A stretch of DNA of 64,000 nucleotides from Actinomycetes bacterium (GTDB lineage: Bacteria; Actinomycetota; Actinomycetes; JAWWOW01). Numbering within the stretch: position 1 is the first letter of the stretch; each line of letters opens with the position of its first letter. A program made the position numbers and the translations under genes. Below the pieces are notes generated by a model. It worked only from the letters and a program-made list of their open reading frames with translations. It was not told the DNA's origin and ran no database searches. This document shows, piece by piece, positions 31,597 to 41,524 of the stretch. The stretch covers positions 51,113 through 115,112 of the forward strand of contig JBJMHR010000018.1 in the NCBI GenBank assembly GCA_045807285.1, read 5' to 3'.

Positions 31597-33360
31597 TCAG
31601 TCGGCGCTTTTGATATCGCAGATGACGGCGCCGCTGCTCACGGTTTGACCGACCTCGGCGACGAGCGAGGAGATCACGCCGTCCTTATGCGCGTTGAGCG
31701 GCTGCTCCATCTTCATCGCCTCGAGGACGACGATCAGCTCGCCCGCAGTCACCTGCTGGCCGTCTTCGACCGCGACCTTGACGATCGTGCCCTGCATCGG
31801 GCTGGTCAGTGAGTCGCCGCTCGCGACGAGGCCGGCCTTGCTGCCGCCGGCGCGGCGCGGGGCCCGTTTGACGGCGGCGCCGGTTGCAGCGCCTGCGCCG
31901 AGGCTCGCAGGCAGCACGACCTCCAAGCGTCGCCCACCCACTTCGACGACGACGTGCTCACGCGGCTCGGGGTCCGGCTCGTCGTCTTGCATTCCGGCGT
32001 ACGGCTCGATCGTGTTGTTGAACTCGGTCTCGATCCAGCGGGTGTGTACGCCGAAGTCACCGTCGGACGCGACGAACGCAGGCTCGCGCAGGACGGCCTG
32101 GTGGAACGGGATGACCGTCGGCATCCCGTCGACGACGAACTCAGCCAGTGCTCGCCGGGACCGCTCGATGGCCTGCTCGCGGGTCGCGCCGACGACGATG
32201 AGCTTCGCGAGCATCGAGTCGAACGCCTGCGGGACGAGGAAGCCCTTCTCCACACCGGCGTCGAGTCGGACCCCGGGCCCGGAAGGAGGTTGCCAGTCGG
32301 CGACGGTGCCCGGCGCTGGCAGGAAGTTGCGCCCCGCGTCTTCGGCGTTGATGCGGAACTCGATCGCGTGCCCTCGCGGCACCGGGTCGAGCGGGATGGA
32401 CAACAGCTCCCCGTCGGCGACGCGGAACTGTTCGCGGACGAGGTCGATGCCGGTCGTCTCCTCCGTCACGGGGTGCTCGACCTGTAGACGCGTGTTGACC
32501 TCGAGGAACGTGACTGTGCCGTCCTGGCCGACGAGGAACTCCACCGTTCCGGCGTTCGTGTAGTTGGCTTCGGCACAGATTCGCCGTGCGGCGTCGTGCA
32601 GCGTCGTCCGCTGTGCCTCGGTGAGGAACGGTGCAGGCGCTTCCTCGACGAGTTTCTGATTACGACGCTGCAGGGAGCAGTCGCGGTCACCGACGATCGC
32701 GACGTTGCCGTGGCTGTCGGCGATCACCTGCACTTCGACGTGGCGCGGCTTGTCGAGGAACCGCTCGACGAAGCACTCGCCGCGGCCGAATGCCTGCTCG
32801 GCCTCGCGTACGGCGGAGGCGAAGAGCTCCTCGATCTCGTCCATCTCCCGCGCGACCTTGAGCCCCCGGCCGCCGCCACCAAAAGCAGCCTTGATGGCGA
32901 TCGGCAAGCCGTGCTCTTTCGCGAACGCGACCACCTCTCCGGGACCACTGACCGGATCGCTCGTGCCGGGAACCAGCGGCGCGCCGACGTCCGCAGCGAT
33001 GTGCCGGGCGGCCACCTTGTCGCCCAGTGTTCGGATGGCCTGCGGGCTCGGACCGATCCAGGTCAGGCCGGCCGAGATGACCGCTTCAGCGAACTCAGCG
33101 TTCTCGGCGAGGAAGCCATAACCAGGATGCACGCCGTCGGCGCCGGTCTTCTCCGCCGCCGCCAGGAGCTTCCCGATGTCGAGATAGCTCTGTCCGGGTG
33201 TGGTCCCGCCGAGGGCGATCGCCTCGTCTGCCACCCGCACATGCGGGCAGTGCAGGTCCGGCTCGGCGTACACCGCAACGCTCGCGATGCCGGCGTCTCG
33301 ACACGCACGCGCAATGCGCACGGCGATCTCGCCACGGTTTGCGATGAGGACCTTGCGCAC
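31597..33360 (-). CDS. accA: Acyl-CoA carboxylase alpha subunit (biotin carboxylase + BCCP)
   Basis: [49 protein letters not shown] biotinylation site. Symbol follows actinobacterial usage (accA2/accA3/bccA). Confidence 0.95.
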   Translation of the reverse strand: MRKVLIANRGEIAVRIARACRDAGIASVAVYAEPDLHCPHVRVADEAIALGGTTPGQSYLDIGKLLAAAEKTGADGVHPGYGFLAENAEFAEAVISAGLTWIGPSPQAIRTLGDKVAARHIAADVGAPLVPGTSDPVSGPGEVVAFAKEHGLPIAIKAAFGGGGRGLKVAREMDEIEELFASAVREAEQAFGRGECFVERFLDKPRHVEVQVIADSHGNVAIVGDRDCSLQRRNQKLVEEAPAPFLTEAQRTTLHDAARRICAEANYTNAGTVEFLVGQDGTVTFLEVNTRLQVEHPVTEETTGIDLVREQFRVADGELLSIPLDPVPRGHAIEFRINAEDAGRNFLPAPGTVADWQPPSGPGVRLDAGVEKGFLVPQAFDSMLAKLIVVGATREQAIERSRRALAEFVVDGMPTVIPFHQAVLREPAFVASDGDFGVHTRWIETEFNNTIEPYAGMQDDEPDPEPREHVVVEVGGRRLEVVLPASLGAGAATGAAVKRAPRRAGGSKAGLVASGDSLTSPMQGTIVKVAVEDGQQVTAGELIVVLEAMKMEQPLNAHKDGVISSLVAEVGQTVSSGAVICDIKSAD

Positions 33361-33380
33361 CGCTGGAGTCTAAAGGGACG

Positions 33381-33428
33381 ACTTGTCAGAACCTCAGAGT
33401 GCTATAGCGCGCTGAGGTTCTGACACGT
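33381..33428. repeat. 48-bp near-perfect palindrome centred on GCTATAGC
   Basis: ACtTGTCAGAACCTCAGaGtGCTA|TAGCgCgCTGAGGTTCTGACAcGT: 21 of 24 positions pair. Confidence 0.85.
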
Positions 33429-33430
33429 GA

Positions 33431-33661
33431 CTACCAGCTGGCTTTGGTGCGCGTACCAGGAACCCAGCCACTCGCAACCCAGGCACCGGGTCCGATCAAC
33501 AACGGTTTGCGCAAGCCGTACGCCAGGTCGAGGCGCGGCCCCGACGTCGCAGCCGGGTCCACACCGGCCGCGGCACGCGCGGTGACTACGGCGACCACCG
33601 CGGCAAGCTCCTCCGGCGTCGGATCGCCTTTGACGACCCTCAACATCGGGCGCTCGCTCAC
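33431..33661 (-). CDS. pccE: Acyl-CoA carboxylase epsilon subunit
   Basis: [25 protein letters not shown]; GTGA overlap with the pccB stop. Confidence 0.85.
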   Translation of the reverse strand: MSERPMLRVVKGDPTPEELAAVVAVVTARAAAGVDPAATSGPRLDLAYGLRKPLLIGPGAWVASGWVPGTRTKASW

Positions 33662-35253
33662 AGCGGGATGTTCCCGTGCTTCTTCGGCGGGAGCGACTCG
33701 CGCTTGGTACGCAGCTGCCGCAGTGCCTTCACGACTTCGCGGCGCGTCTCTGATGGCGCGATGACAGCGTCGATGTAGCCGCGCTCGGCAGCGATGTACG
33801 GATTGAGCAGGTGGTCTTCGTAATCTGCCAGCAGCTCGGCGCGCAGAGCGTCCGGGTCCTTCGCGTCCGCCAACTCCTTGCGATGGAGGATGTTGACCGC
33901 TCCGGCCGCTCCCATTACGGCGATCTCCGCGGTCGGCCACGCGAAGGAGATGTCGCTGCGCAGGTGCTTCGAGCCCATAACGTCGTAGGCGCCGCCGTAT
34001 GCCTTGCGCGTGATGACAGTCACCTTGGGCACGGTCGCTTCGCAGTAGGCGTAGATGAGCTTCGCGCCGCGGCGGATGATGCCTTGCCACTCCTGGTCGG
34101 TGCCGGGTAGAAAGCCGGGTACGTCGACAAACGTCAGGATCGGGACGTTGAAGGCGTCACACGTGCGCACGAACCGGGCGGCCTTCTCGGACGCGTCGAT
34201 GTCGAGTGTGCCGGCGAACTGCATGGGTTGGTTCGCGACCACACCGACAGAGTGACCGTCGACGCGGCCGAGGCCGCAGAGCATGTTGGGCGCGAAGAGC
34301 GCATGCACTTCGAGGAACTCCCCGTCATCGAGCACGTGCTCGATGACCTGGTGCATGTCATAGGGCTGGTTGCTCGAGTCCGGGATGAACGTGTCGAGCT
34401 CGAGGTCTTCGGCGGTCACATCGAGAGTGACCCCGGCGGCGAAGGCGGGCGGCGCCTCCATGTTGTTGCTCGGGAGATAAGACAGCAGCGCTCGCGCGAG
34501 CTCGAGGCAGTCTTTCTCGTCCGTTGCGCGGAAGTGCGCGACGCCGGACTTCGAGTTGTGCGTGTGTGCGCCGCCCAGCTCTTCGAAGCCGACGTCTTCT
34601 CCGGTGACGGTCTTGATGACGTCGGGCCCGGTGATGAACATGTGCGACGTCTTGTCGACCATCAAGGTGAAGTCGGTGATAGCGGGGGAGTACACCGCGC
34701 CGCCCGCACAAGGCCCCATGATCAGCGACAGCTGTGGGATGACACCGCTTGCCAGGACGTTGCGGTAGAAGATCTCGCCGTACAGTCCGAGCGCGACGAC
34801 GCCTTCTTGTACTCGTGCACCGCCGCCGTCGTTCAACCCGATCACCGGGCAACCGGTCTTCAGTGCGAGGTCCATGACCTTCACGATCTTCTCGCCGTAC
34901 ACCTCACCAAGGCTTCCGCCGAAGACGGTGAAGTCCTGGCTGAAGATGCAGACGGGTCGACCGTCGACCGTGCCGTATCCGGTGATGACCCCGTCGCCGT
35001 ACGGATGTGTCTTCTCGATGCCGAACCCGACCGCGCGGTGTCGCGCGAGCGCATCGGTCTCGACGAACGAGCCAGGATCGAGGAACGCCTCGATCCGCTC
35101 GCGCGCGGTCATCTTGCCTTTGGCGTGCTGCTTCTCGACCTGCCGCTCCGAACCGGCATGGATCGCTTCATCGGTACGCCGACGCAGCTCCGCCAGCTTG
35201 CCGGCGCTCGTTTTCGGATCGGGCGTTGCGTCGTCCGTGGCTGCACTCGACAT
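33658..35253 (-). CDS. pccB: Propionyl-CoA carboxylase beta subunit (AccD5-like)
   Basis: [66 protein letters not shown]. Confidence 0.95.
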   Translation of the reverse strand: MSSAATDDATPDPKTSAGKLAELRRRTDEAIHAGSERQVEKQHAKGKMTARERIEAFLDPGSFVETDALARHRAVGFGIEKTHPYGDGVITGYGTVDGRPVCIFSQDFTVFGGSLGEVYGEKIVKVMDLALKTGCPVIGLNDGGGARVQEGVVALGLYGEIFYRNVLASGVIPQLSLIMGPCAGGAVYSPAITDFTLMVDKTSHMFITGPDVIKTVTGEDVGFEELGGAHTHNSKSGVAHFRATDEKDCLELARALLSYLPSNNMEAPPAFAAGVTLDVTAEDLELDTFIPDSSNQPYDMHQVIEHVLDDGEFLEVHALFAPNMLCGLGRVDGHSVGVVANQPMQFAGTLDIDASEKAARFVRTCDAFNVPILTFVDVPGFLPGTDQEWQGIIRRGAKLIYAYCEATVPKVTVITRKAYGGAYDVMGSKHLRSDISFAWPTAEIAVMGAAGAVNILHRKELADAKDPDALRAELLADYEDHLLNPYIAAERGYIDAVIAPSETRREVVKALRQLRTKRESLPPKKHGNIPL

Positions 35254-35271
35254 GCGCCGTAGCGTAACCGG
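35254..35271. promoter_or_regulatory. Bidirectional leaderless promoter (overlapping -10 boxes) for pccB and birA
   Basis: TAGCGT (35260-65) is 6 nt before the birA GTG; TACGCT on the - strand (35266-61) is 7 nt before the pccB ATG; the gap is 18 bp. Confidence 0.65.
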
Positions 35272-36072
35272 GTGAGCTCGCCGTACTCCGATCTCGAGCG
35301 TCCACCCCTGCGAACCGGTTGGCTCACGCGTGCGCTCGTTCGCGACGGCGGTCTGTGGCGCGAAGTGCGCGTGCTCACCTCCACGGAGTCGACGAACGCC
35401 GTGGTCCGCGCCGAAGCGGCCGAACCGGAAGGGCTCGTCGTCGTCGCCGAACAACAGACGGCCGGACGCGGCAGGCTGGATCGAACATGGACATCTCCGC
35501 CCCGCGCCGGACTCACATTCTCCGCATTGCTGAAGCCGTCGGTGCCCGATACGCACTGGCCGTTGCTGCCGCTCGTGGTCGGGACAGCGGTCGCTGAAGC
35601 CACCGAGGCGATGACCGAACTGGCTCTTGGGCTCAAGTGGCCGAACGACATTCTCGTCGACGACCGCAAGCTCGGCGGCATCCTCATCGAACGCGTTGGG
35701 CCCGCTGCCGTCGTCGGTGTCGGCATCAACGTGACGATGAGCACGGCCGAGCTGCCCGCTTCGAATGCGACGTCTCTGCTTCTTGCCGGTGCGCAGGTCA
35801 CGGACCGGCAGAGCCTGCTGGCCGCGGTCTTGCGCGCAATCGCTGACCGCTATGAGCAATGGCAGACGGCGGCCGACCTCTCCGCGCTACGCACCGCTTA
35901 CGCCGACCGGTGTACGACGATCGGACGTGACGTCGCGGTCGCGCTGCCCGACGGCTCGACCTTGCACGGACAGGCGACCAGCATCGACGCGGCAGGTCGT
36001 CTCGTGGTTTCGACGTACGACGGGCAGCACGCGCTCAGCAGTGGTGACGTACTGCACGTGCGACCGATTTAG
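35272..36072 (+). CDS. birA: Biotin--acetyl-CoA-carboxylase ligase (no N-terminal HTH)
   Basis: [34 protein letters not shown]. Confidence 0.95.
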   Translation: MSSPYSDLERPPLRTGWLTRALVRDGGLWREVRVLTSTESTNAVVRAEAAEPEGLVVVAEQQTAGRGRLDRTWTSPPRAGLTFSALLKPSVPDTHWPLLPLVVGTAVAEATEAMTELALGLKWPNDILVDDRKLGGILIERVGPAAVVGVGINVTMSTAELPASNATSLLLAGAQVTDRQSLLAAVLRAIADRYEQWQTAADLSALRTAYADRCTTIGRDVAVALPDGSTLHGQATSIDAAGRLVVSTYDGQHALSSGDVLHVRPI

Positions 36073-36092
36073 ATCCGTGCCACGATCTCGGC

Positions 36093-36641
36093 ATGGCCTA
36101 CCCCCATCGGCTGCTCGGCGAAGGCGAGCGCATCGAGCACGAGCTGCATCCGCATTGGAAGGAGCTCGTCTTCCCTGTCCTGCTCGTGCCACTGGTCGCT
36201 GGTGTCGCGTCCTTCCTGTACTTCTCCGTCCCCGACTGGCAGCTCCGCACGGCGGTGCGTTGGGCGATCGTCGTCCTCGCCGTGCTGCTTCTGCTCTTTG
36301 GCTCACTGCGTCCGTACCTCCGGTGGCGTACGACGCTCTACGTCCTTACCAGCGACCGCATCATCACGCGGTACGGCGTGCTCTCGAGGGCAGGCCGGGA
36401 CATCCCGTTGTCGCGCGTCAACGACGTGAGCTTTGCGCACAACCTCTTCGAACGGTTTCTCCGCTGCGGAACGTTGACCGTCGAGTCGGCCGGTGAGCGT
36501 GGCCAACTTGTGCTGCGTGACGTACCGCACGTCGAGTCGGTCCAACGCGAGCTCTACCGGCTGGTCGACCAGCACCTTGCCGCGCACGGGATTTCCCGCG
36601 ACAGCGACGGCACCGGAGACGTGCCAGCCTCCCAGTCATGA
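36093..36641 (+). CDS. Membrane protein with bacterial PH domain
   Basis: Two TM segments, then YVLTSDRII..DIPLSRVNDV..GTLTVESAG. Confidence 0.85.
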   Translation: MAYPHRLLGEGERIEHELHPHWKELVFPVLLVPLVAGVASFLYFSVPDWQLRTAVRWAIVVLAVLLLLFGSLRPYLRWRTTLYVLTSDRIITRYGVLSRAGRDIPLSRVNDVSFAHNLFERFLRCGTLTVESAGERGQLVLRDVPHVESVQRELYRLVDQHLAAHGISRDSDGTGDVPASQS

Positions 36642-37627
36642 CGGACGGCGACGCTCACACTGCGGAGGCAGGCGAAGAGCTCGAAGAGATCCTCCTCGGT
36701 GGTCCGCGGCGCTACACGCGTGCTGAGCTCGCGCAGCGCAGTCAGGTGCCGCTCGACTTCAGCCGGCGGTTGTGGCGCGCGATGGGTTTCGCGGATGTCG
36801 GCGACGACGAGCGCATCTTCACCGACGGCGACCTGTCGGCGCTGCATGCGTTCCGCGAGCTCAAGGAAGCCGAACTCATCGACGACGAGATGGCCCTCAC
36901 GAGCACGCGGGCCCTCGGTCAGCAGCTCTCCCGGCTGGCCGCATGGCAGGTGGGCATCCTGACCCAGCGGCTGGTCGAGCTGAACATTCTCGACGCGGAG
37001 AACATCGAACCTGCGGTCTCGCTGGTGGCCGAGCAGGTGCTGCCCGATCTTGAACGGATCCTGGTCCTGGTGTGGCGACGGCAGCTCGCGGTGCACGGAC
37101 CTCGCACGCTGGCTGCGGTGACGCAAGGAGCCAGTCGCACACTCACCGTCGGCTTCGCGGACATCGTTAACTACACGCGTCTGTCCCGAGGCCTGCAGCC
37201 CGACGCACTGGAGCGCCTGCTCGAGCAGTTCGAGTCGCGGACGACCCTGCTGCTGTCCCAGCATGGTGGTCAGCTCGTGAAGACTCTCGGCGACGAAGTG
37301 CTCTTCCTCTGCGACGAGGTCACGTCCGCTGTCGAGGTCGCACTCGGCCTGCTCGAGATGTACGCCGCAGACGACGACGCCCCGGAGCTGCGAATCGGTC
37401 TTGCTTGCGGCGACGTGCTCTCCAGACTGGGTGACGTGTACGGCGAACCGGTCAACATCGCGAGCCGGCTGACGTCCTTGGCGCGGCCTGGCAGCGCGCT
37501 GGTCGACCGTGCCGTGGCGAGTGCGTTGGCGGGCAACGCGGCGTACGAGGTCCGGTCCTTGCCGCGCCAGCAGGTTCGCGGCTATCGGCACCTCGAAGCG
37601 GCCGTGGTCAGAAGGGCGGACCAATGA
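36638..37627 (+). CDS. cya: Class III adenylate cyclase with N-terminal regulatory domain
   Basis: LWRAMGF N-domain; FADIVNYT, VKTLGD, DVYGEPVNIASRL (metal Asp pair, ATP-specifying Lys/Asp, Asn/Arg). Confidence 0.9.
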   Translation: MTDGDAHTAEAGEELEEILLGGPRRYTRAELAQRSQVPLDFSRRLWRAMGFADVGDDERIFTDGDLSALHAFRELKEAELIDDEMALTSTRALGQQLSRLAAWQVGILTQRLVELNILDAENIEPAVSLVAEQVLPDLERILVLVWRRQLAVHGPRTLAAVTQGASRTLTVGFADIVNYTRLSRGLQPDALERLLEQFESRTTLLLSQHGGQLVKTLGDEVLFLCDEVTSAVEVALGLLEMYAADDDAPELRIGLACGDVLSRLGDVYGEPVNIASRLTSLARPGSALVDRAVASALAGNAAYEVRSLPRQQVRGYRHLEAAVVRRADQ

Positions 37628-38544
37628 GCGATCTGCCGGCAGCTATCTCGTTGCGGGAGGTCGGCCCACGTGATGGCCTGCAGAACGAAGACCCGGTCCC
37701 GACGGAGGCGAAGGTCGAGCTGATCGACGCCCTTTCGCGCACCGGCGTACGCCGGATCGAAGCCGTGAGCTTCGTCCATCCCAAGGCCATCCCGCAAATG
37801 GCGGACGCCGACGACGTGTGGGCGCGCATCGAGCGGAGCCCCGACGTTCGGTACTCCGCGCTCGTCCCCAACCTTCGCGGCGCCGAACGCGCGCTCGCGG
37901 TCGGCTTCAGCGAGATCGAAGCGGTCGTGTCCGCATCGGACACACACAACCGCAAGAACGTGAACCGGTCGACCGCGGAGTCGCTCGACGACATCGCGCT
38001 GCTCATTGATGCCGCGCATCGTGCCGGCGCTACCTGTCAGGTCATCGTGTCGACGGCATGGGGATGTCCGTACGAAGGCGACGTTCCTGAGTCGCGTGTC
38101 GTCGAGGTCGCCGGCCGAGCGGTGCGCGACGGTGCGGACGGCATCTCGTTCGGCGACACGACGGGCATGGCGACGCCCGCTCGCGTGCGTCGGTTGATCG
38201 GCACGTTCCGTTCGTCGTACCCCGACGTTCCGCTCAATGTGCACTTCCACAACACGCGTGGCACTGGATTGGCCAACGTGCTTACCGCACTCGAGCTCGG
38301 GGTCAGCGACTTCGATGCCAGTGTCGGTGGACTCGGTGGTTGTCCCTATGCGCCTGGCGCCACCGGCAACGTCGCCACCGAAGAGCTCGTGCACATGGTC
38401 GAGGACATGGGTGTCGCGACCGGGATCGATCTCGACGCGATGGTCGAGGTCGCCGCCGAAGCCGAGCGCATCGTCGGGCGGACGCTTCCCTCGCAGGTGC
38501 TGCGCGCCGGCCCGCGCACCCGAACGGTCGAGCTCCGCTCCTGA
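37624..38544 (+). CDS. Hydroxymethylglutaryl-CoA lyase
   Basis: EVGPRDGLQNE, GDTTG, HFHNTRG, GGCPYAPGATGN. Confidence 0.92.
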   Translation: MSDLPAAISLREVGPRDGLQNEDPVPTEAKVELIDALSRTGVRRIEAVSFVHPKAIPQMADADDVWARIERSPDVRYSALVPNLRGAERALAVGFSEIEAVVSASDTHNRKNVNRSTAESLDDIALLIDAAHRAGATCQVIVSTAWGCPYEGDVPESRVVEVAGRAVRDGADGISFGDTTGMATPARVRRLIGTFRSSYPDVPLNVHFHNTRGTGLANVLTALELGVSDFDASVGGLGGCPYAPGATGNVATEELVHMVEDMGVATGIDLDAMVEVAAEAERIVGRTLPSQVLRAGPRTRTVELRS

Positions 38545-38625
38545 CCCGCTCCTCGTCACCTACAGCGTGGTTCCGCAGCTTGCACGGCCTCCCGACTTAG
38601 GCTGCCGCGACCAGGAGGTTGAGCG

Positions 38626-39204
38626 ATGCGCACAGACCAGTGGCTGCTGTTCGGACACCTTGTCGGCGTGATCGTGCTGTTCGGTGCGGTCGCCGTCGAG
38701 AACATCAGCCTGATCGCAATCCTGCGCGCTCGGACAACGCAGGACCTTCGCGCGGCGACAACGTTCACGCCGTTGCTGCCGCGCATGTTTCCCGCTGCCG
38801 TCGTCTTGTTGCTCGCCTTCGGTGTCGGCCTGGTGGCGCACTCGGACGAGTTCAAATTCGGCGAAGCGTGGATCGATCTCGGCTTCGGCGTGTTGATCCT
38901 GCTGGCGGTGATCGGTCCAACGGTGCACGGGCGGCGGATCGACCGGATCCGCACCGAGGCGCGCACAGCTCCCGATGGCCCGGTCCCGGTCGAGCTCATG
39001 ACGAGGGTCCAGGATCCGGTCATGCGTACGTCGGCGCTCGTTTCCACATGGCTCGCCATCGGGATCGTGCTCTTGATGACCCGCCAACCCGACTGGGCCG
39101 GCGCCTGGATCGTCGTGGTCGTCTTCGGTCTGATCGGGCTCAGCGAGTCGATGATGTTGTCGAGGCTGGGCGCTGCCGCTTCGGATGGGCCGTCGCTTCG
39201 CTGA
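38626..39204 (+). CDS. DUF2269-like membrane protein
   Basis: SD AGGAGG, LFGHLVG first helix, about five TM segments, LMTRQP. Confidence 0.72.
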   Translation: MRTDQWLLFGHLVGVIVLFGAVAVENISLIAILRARTTQDLRAATTFTPLLPRMFPAAVVLLLAFGVGLVAHSDEFKFGEAWIDLGFGVLILLAVIGPTVHGRRIDRIRTEARTAPDGPVPVELMTRVQDPVMRTSALVSTWLAIGIVLLMTRQPDWAGAWIVVVVFGLIGLSESMMLSRLGAAASDGPSLR

Positions 39205-39223
39205 GGATCGCTACCCTCAGCTG

Positions 39224-40768
39224 GTGAGTACGACGCAGGACGAACCCGGGCACCCGCACCTGGACAAGCTGCGCGACGAGGTCCTCGCCGGGGGCGCGCA
39301 GAAGTATCACGACGGCAACGCCGCGAAGGGCAAACTGTTTGCGCGGGAGCGCATCCGGCTGCTGACCGACGAGGGATCGTTCGTCGAGGACGGGCTCTAC
39401 GCCAATGTGCTGGCCGGCGACCTTCCTGCTGACGGCGTCATCACGGGTAGCGCGACGATCGCAGGTCGCCCGGTGTGCATCATGGCGAACGACTCGACGG
39501 TCAAGGCGGGCTCGTGGGGCGCGCGCACCGTCGAGAAGATCGTCCGAATCATCGAGAACGCGTATCGCACCGGTGTACCGATGGTGTATCTCGTCGACTC
39601 GGCCGGCGCCCGGATCACCGACCAGGTCGCGATGTTTCCCGGACGCCGAGGCGCCGGGAAGATCTTCCACACCCAGGTCCGTGCATCGGGATCGATTCCG
39701 CAGGTATGCGCTTTGTTCGGCCCGAGTGCCGCGGGCGGCGCCTACATCCCATCGTTCTGCGACATCGTCGTCATGGTCGAAGGCAACGCCTCGATGTACC
39801 TCGGTTCACCGCGCATGGTCGAGATGGTCGCCGGCGAGAAGACTACGCTCGAGGAGCTGGGTGGTGCACGGATGCACTGCTCTGTCTCCGGTTGCGGCAC
39901 GCACCTCGTGCAGACCGAGCCGGACGCACTCGATGTCGTACGCTGTTTCCTGTCCTACCTGCCGGACAACTGGCGTGATACGCCGCCAACCGAACAAGCC
40001 CAGCCTCCGCAGTCGATCGATCTCGCGGAACTGGTGCCGGTCAACCAGCGGCAGGCGTTCGACATGCGCCGGTTCGTCCGCGGGCTCGTGGACGAAGGGT
40101 CGTACTTCGAGATCCACGAGCTATGGGCGCGCGAGCTCACCGTCGGCTTCGGGCGTCTAGACGGGAACGTCATCGGTGTCGTCGCGAACAACCCGATGCA
40201 CAAGGGCGGCGTGTTGTTCGTCGACTCGGCTGACAAGGCGACGCGCTTCATCGACCTGTGCGATGCCTACAACGTGCCGCTCGTCTTCCTCGCCGACGTC
40301 CCCGGCTTCATGGTCGGCACGGCGGTCGAACGGCAAGGGATCATCCGGCACGGCGCGAAACTCATCAGCGCCGTTTCCGAGGCGACCGTCCCGAAGTTCT
40401 CGGTCGTCGTCCGCAAGGCGTACGGGGCCGGTCTCTATGCCATGGCCGGGCCGGGTTTCGAACCGGACGCGACGCTCGCGCTGCCCACCGCGCAGATCGC
40501 GGTCATGGGCGCCGAGGCTGCGGTCAACGCGGTGTACTTCAACAAGATCGAGGCTATTGAGGACCCGGCCGAGCGCGAGGCGTTCGTCGCGGCGCGCCGG
40601 GCGGAGTACGACGAGGACATCGACGTCGTGCGGCTCGCGAGCGAGCTCGTGGTCGACGCGATCGTCCCTGCCAACGAGCTGCGCACCGAGCTCATCCGGC
40701 GCCTTGCCGCCACGAGACACAAGGACCGCTCTTTCTCGCGACGGCGCCACGGCGTCCGCCCGGTCTGA
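39224..40768 (+). CDS. Acyl-CoA carboxylase beta subunit, probably methylcrotonyl-CoA type
   Basis: KLFARERI, ANDSTVKAGSWG, DSAGARI, SAAGGAY, DVPGFMVG, RKAYGAG, HGVRPV; next to HMG-CoA lyase. Confidence 0.88.
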   Translation: MSTTQDEPGHPHLDKLRDEVLAGGAQKYHDGNAAKGKLFARERIRLLTDEGSFVEDGLYANVLAGDLPADGVITGSATIAGRPVCIMANDSTVKAGSWGARTVEKIVRIIENAYRTGVPMVYLVDSAGARITDQVAMFPGRRGAGKIFHTQVRASGSIPQVCALFGPSAAGGAYIPSFCDIVVMVEGNASMYLGSPRMVEMVAGEKTTLEELGGARMHCSVSGCGTHLVQTEPDALDVVRCFLSYLPDNWRDTPPTEQAQPPQSIDLAELVPVNQRQAFDMRRFVRGLVDEGSYFEIHELWARELTVGFGRLDGNVIGVVANNPMHKGGVLFVDSADKATRFIDLCDAYNVPLVFLADVPGFMVGTAVERQGIIRHGAKLISAVSEATVPKFSVVVRKAYGAGLYAMAGPGFEPDATLALPTAQIAVMGAEAAVNAVYFNKIEAIEDPAEREAFVAARRAEYDEDIDVVRLASELVVDAIVPANELRTELIRRLAATRHKDRSFSRRRHGVRPV

Positions 40769-40844
40769 GCCGCCGCGGGTCAACCGAAGGTCAAGGGCTG
40801 CCCACGACCAGGCTGGTCGGAAAGGGCACGCTTACCATCGAGTG

Positions 40845-41513
40845 GTGGCCCACGTACTCCTGGCAGAAGACGACACCTCGATCTCCGAGCCGCTCGCCCG
40901 CGCGCTGCGCCGCGAAGGCTACGACGTCGACGTGCTCGCCGAGGGCCGCGGTGCCGTGACGCAGGCGTTGACCGGGATGACTGACCTGGTCGTGCTCGAC
41001 CTCGGCTTGCCCGACATGGACGGGCTCGAGGTGTGCCGGCGGATCAGAGAGTCGCTGCCGCAGCTGCCGGTGCTCATGCTGACTGCACGTGCCGACGAGG
41101 TGGATACCGTCGTTGGCCTCGACGCAGGCGCCGATGACTACGTGACCAAGCCTTTCCGTCTCGCCGAGCTGTTGGCTCGGGTGCGTGCTCTCCTGCGCCG
41201 CGGGCAGACCGATGCGCCGGCCATCGGAGACGTGCGCATCGACGTCGCATCCCGCCGTGCGTGGGTGCGCGACGACGAGCTGCAGCTGACGACCAAGGAG
41301 TTCGACCTGCTTCGTGTGCTGATGCGTGACGTCGGCAAGGTCGTCACGCGCGAGGCGATCATGCGCGAGGTGTGGGACGCGAGCTGGTGGGGCTCGACGA
41401 AGACACTCGACATGCACATCTCCTGGTTGCGGCGAAAGCTCGGTGACGACGCCAACAACCCGCGCTACATCACCACCGTGCGCGGGGTTGGCTTCCGGTT
41501 CGAACGCGAGTAG
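40845..41513 (+). CDS. OmpR-family response regulator (DraR-like)
   Basis: LAEDD, LDLGLPD, GADDYVTKPF, STKTLDMHISWLRRKLGDD, TVRGVGFRF. Confidence 0.93.
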   Translation: MAHVLLAEDDTSISEPLARALRREGYDVDVLAEGRGAVTQALTGMTDLVVLDLGLPDMDGLEVCRRIRESLPQLPVLMLTARADEVDTVVGLDAGADDYVTKPFRLAELLARVRALLRRGQTDAPAIGDVRIDVASRRAWVRDDELQLTTKEFDLLRVLMRDVGKVVTREAIMREVWDASWWGSTKTLDMHISWLRRKLGDDANNPRYITTVRGVGFRFERE

Positions 41514-41524
41514 CGCGAGGAGCG

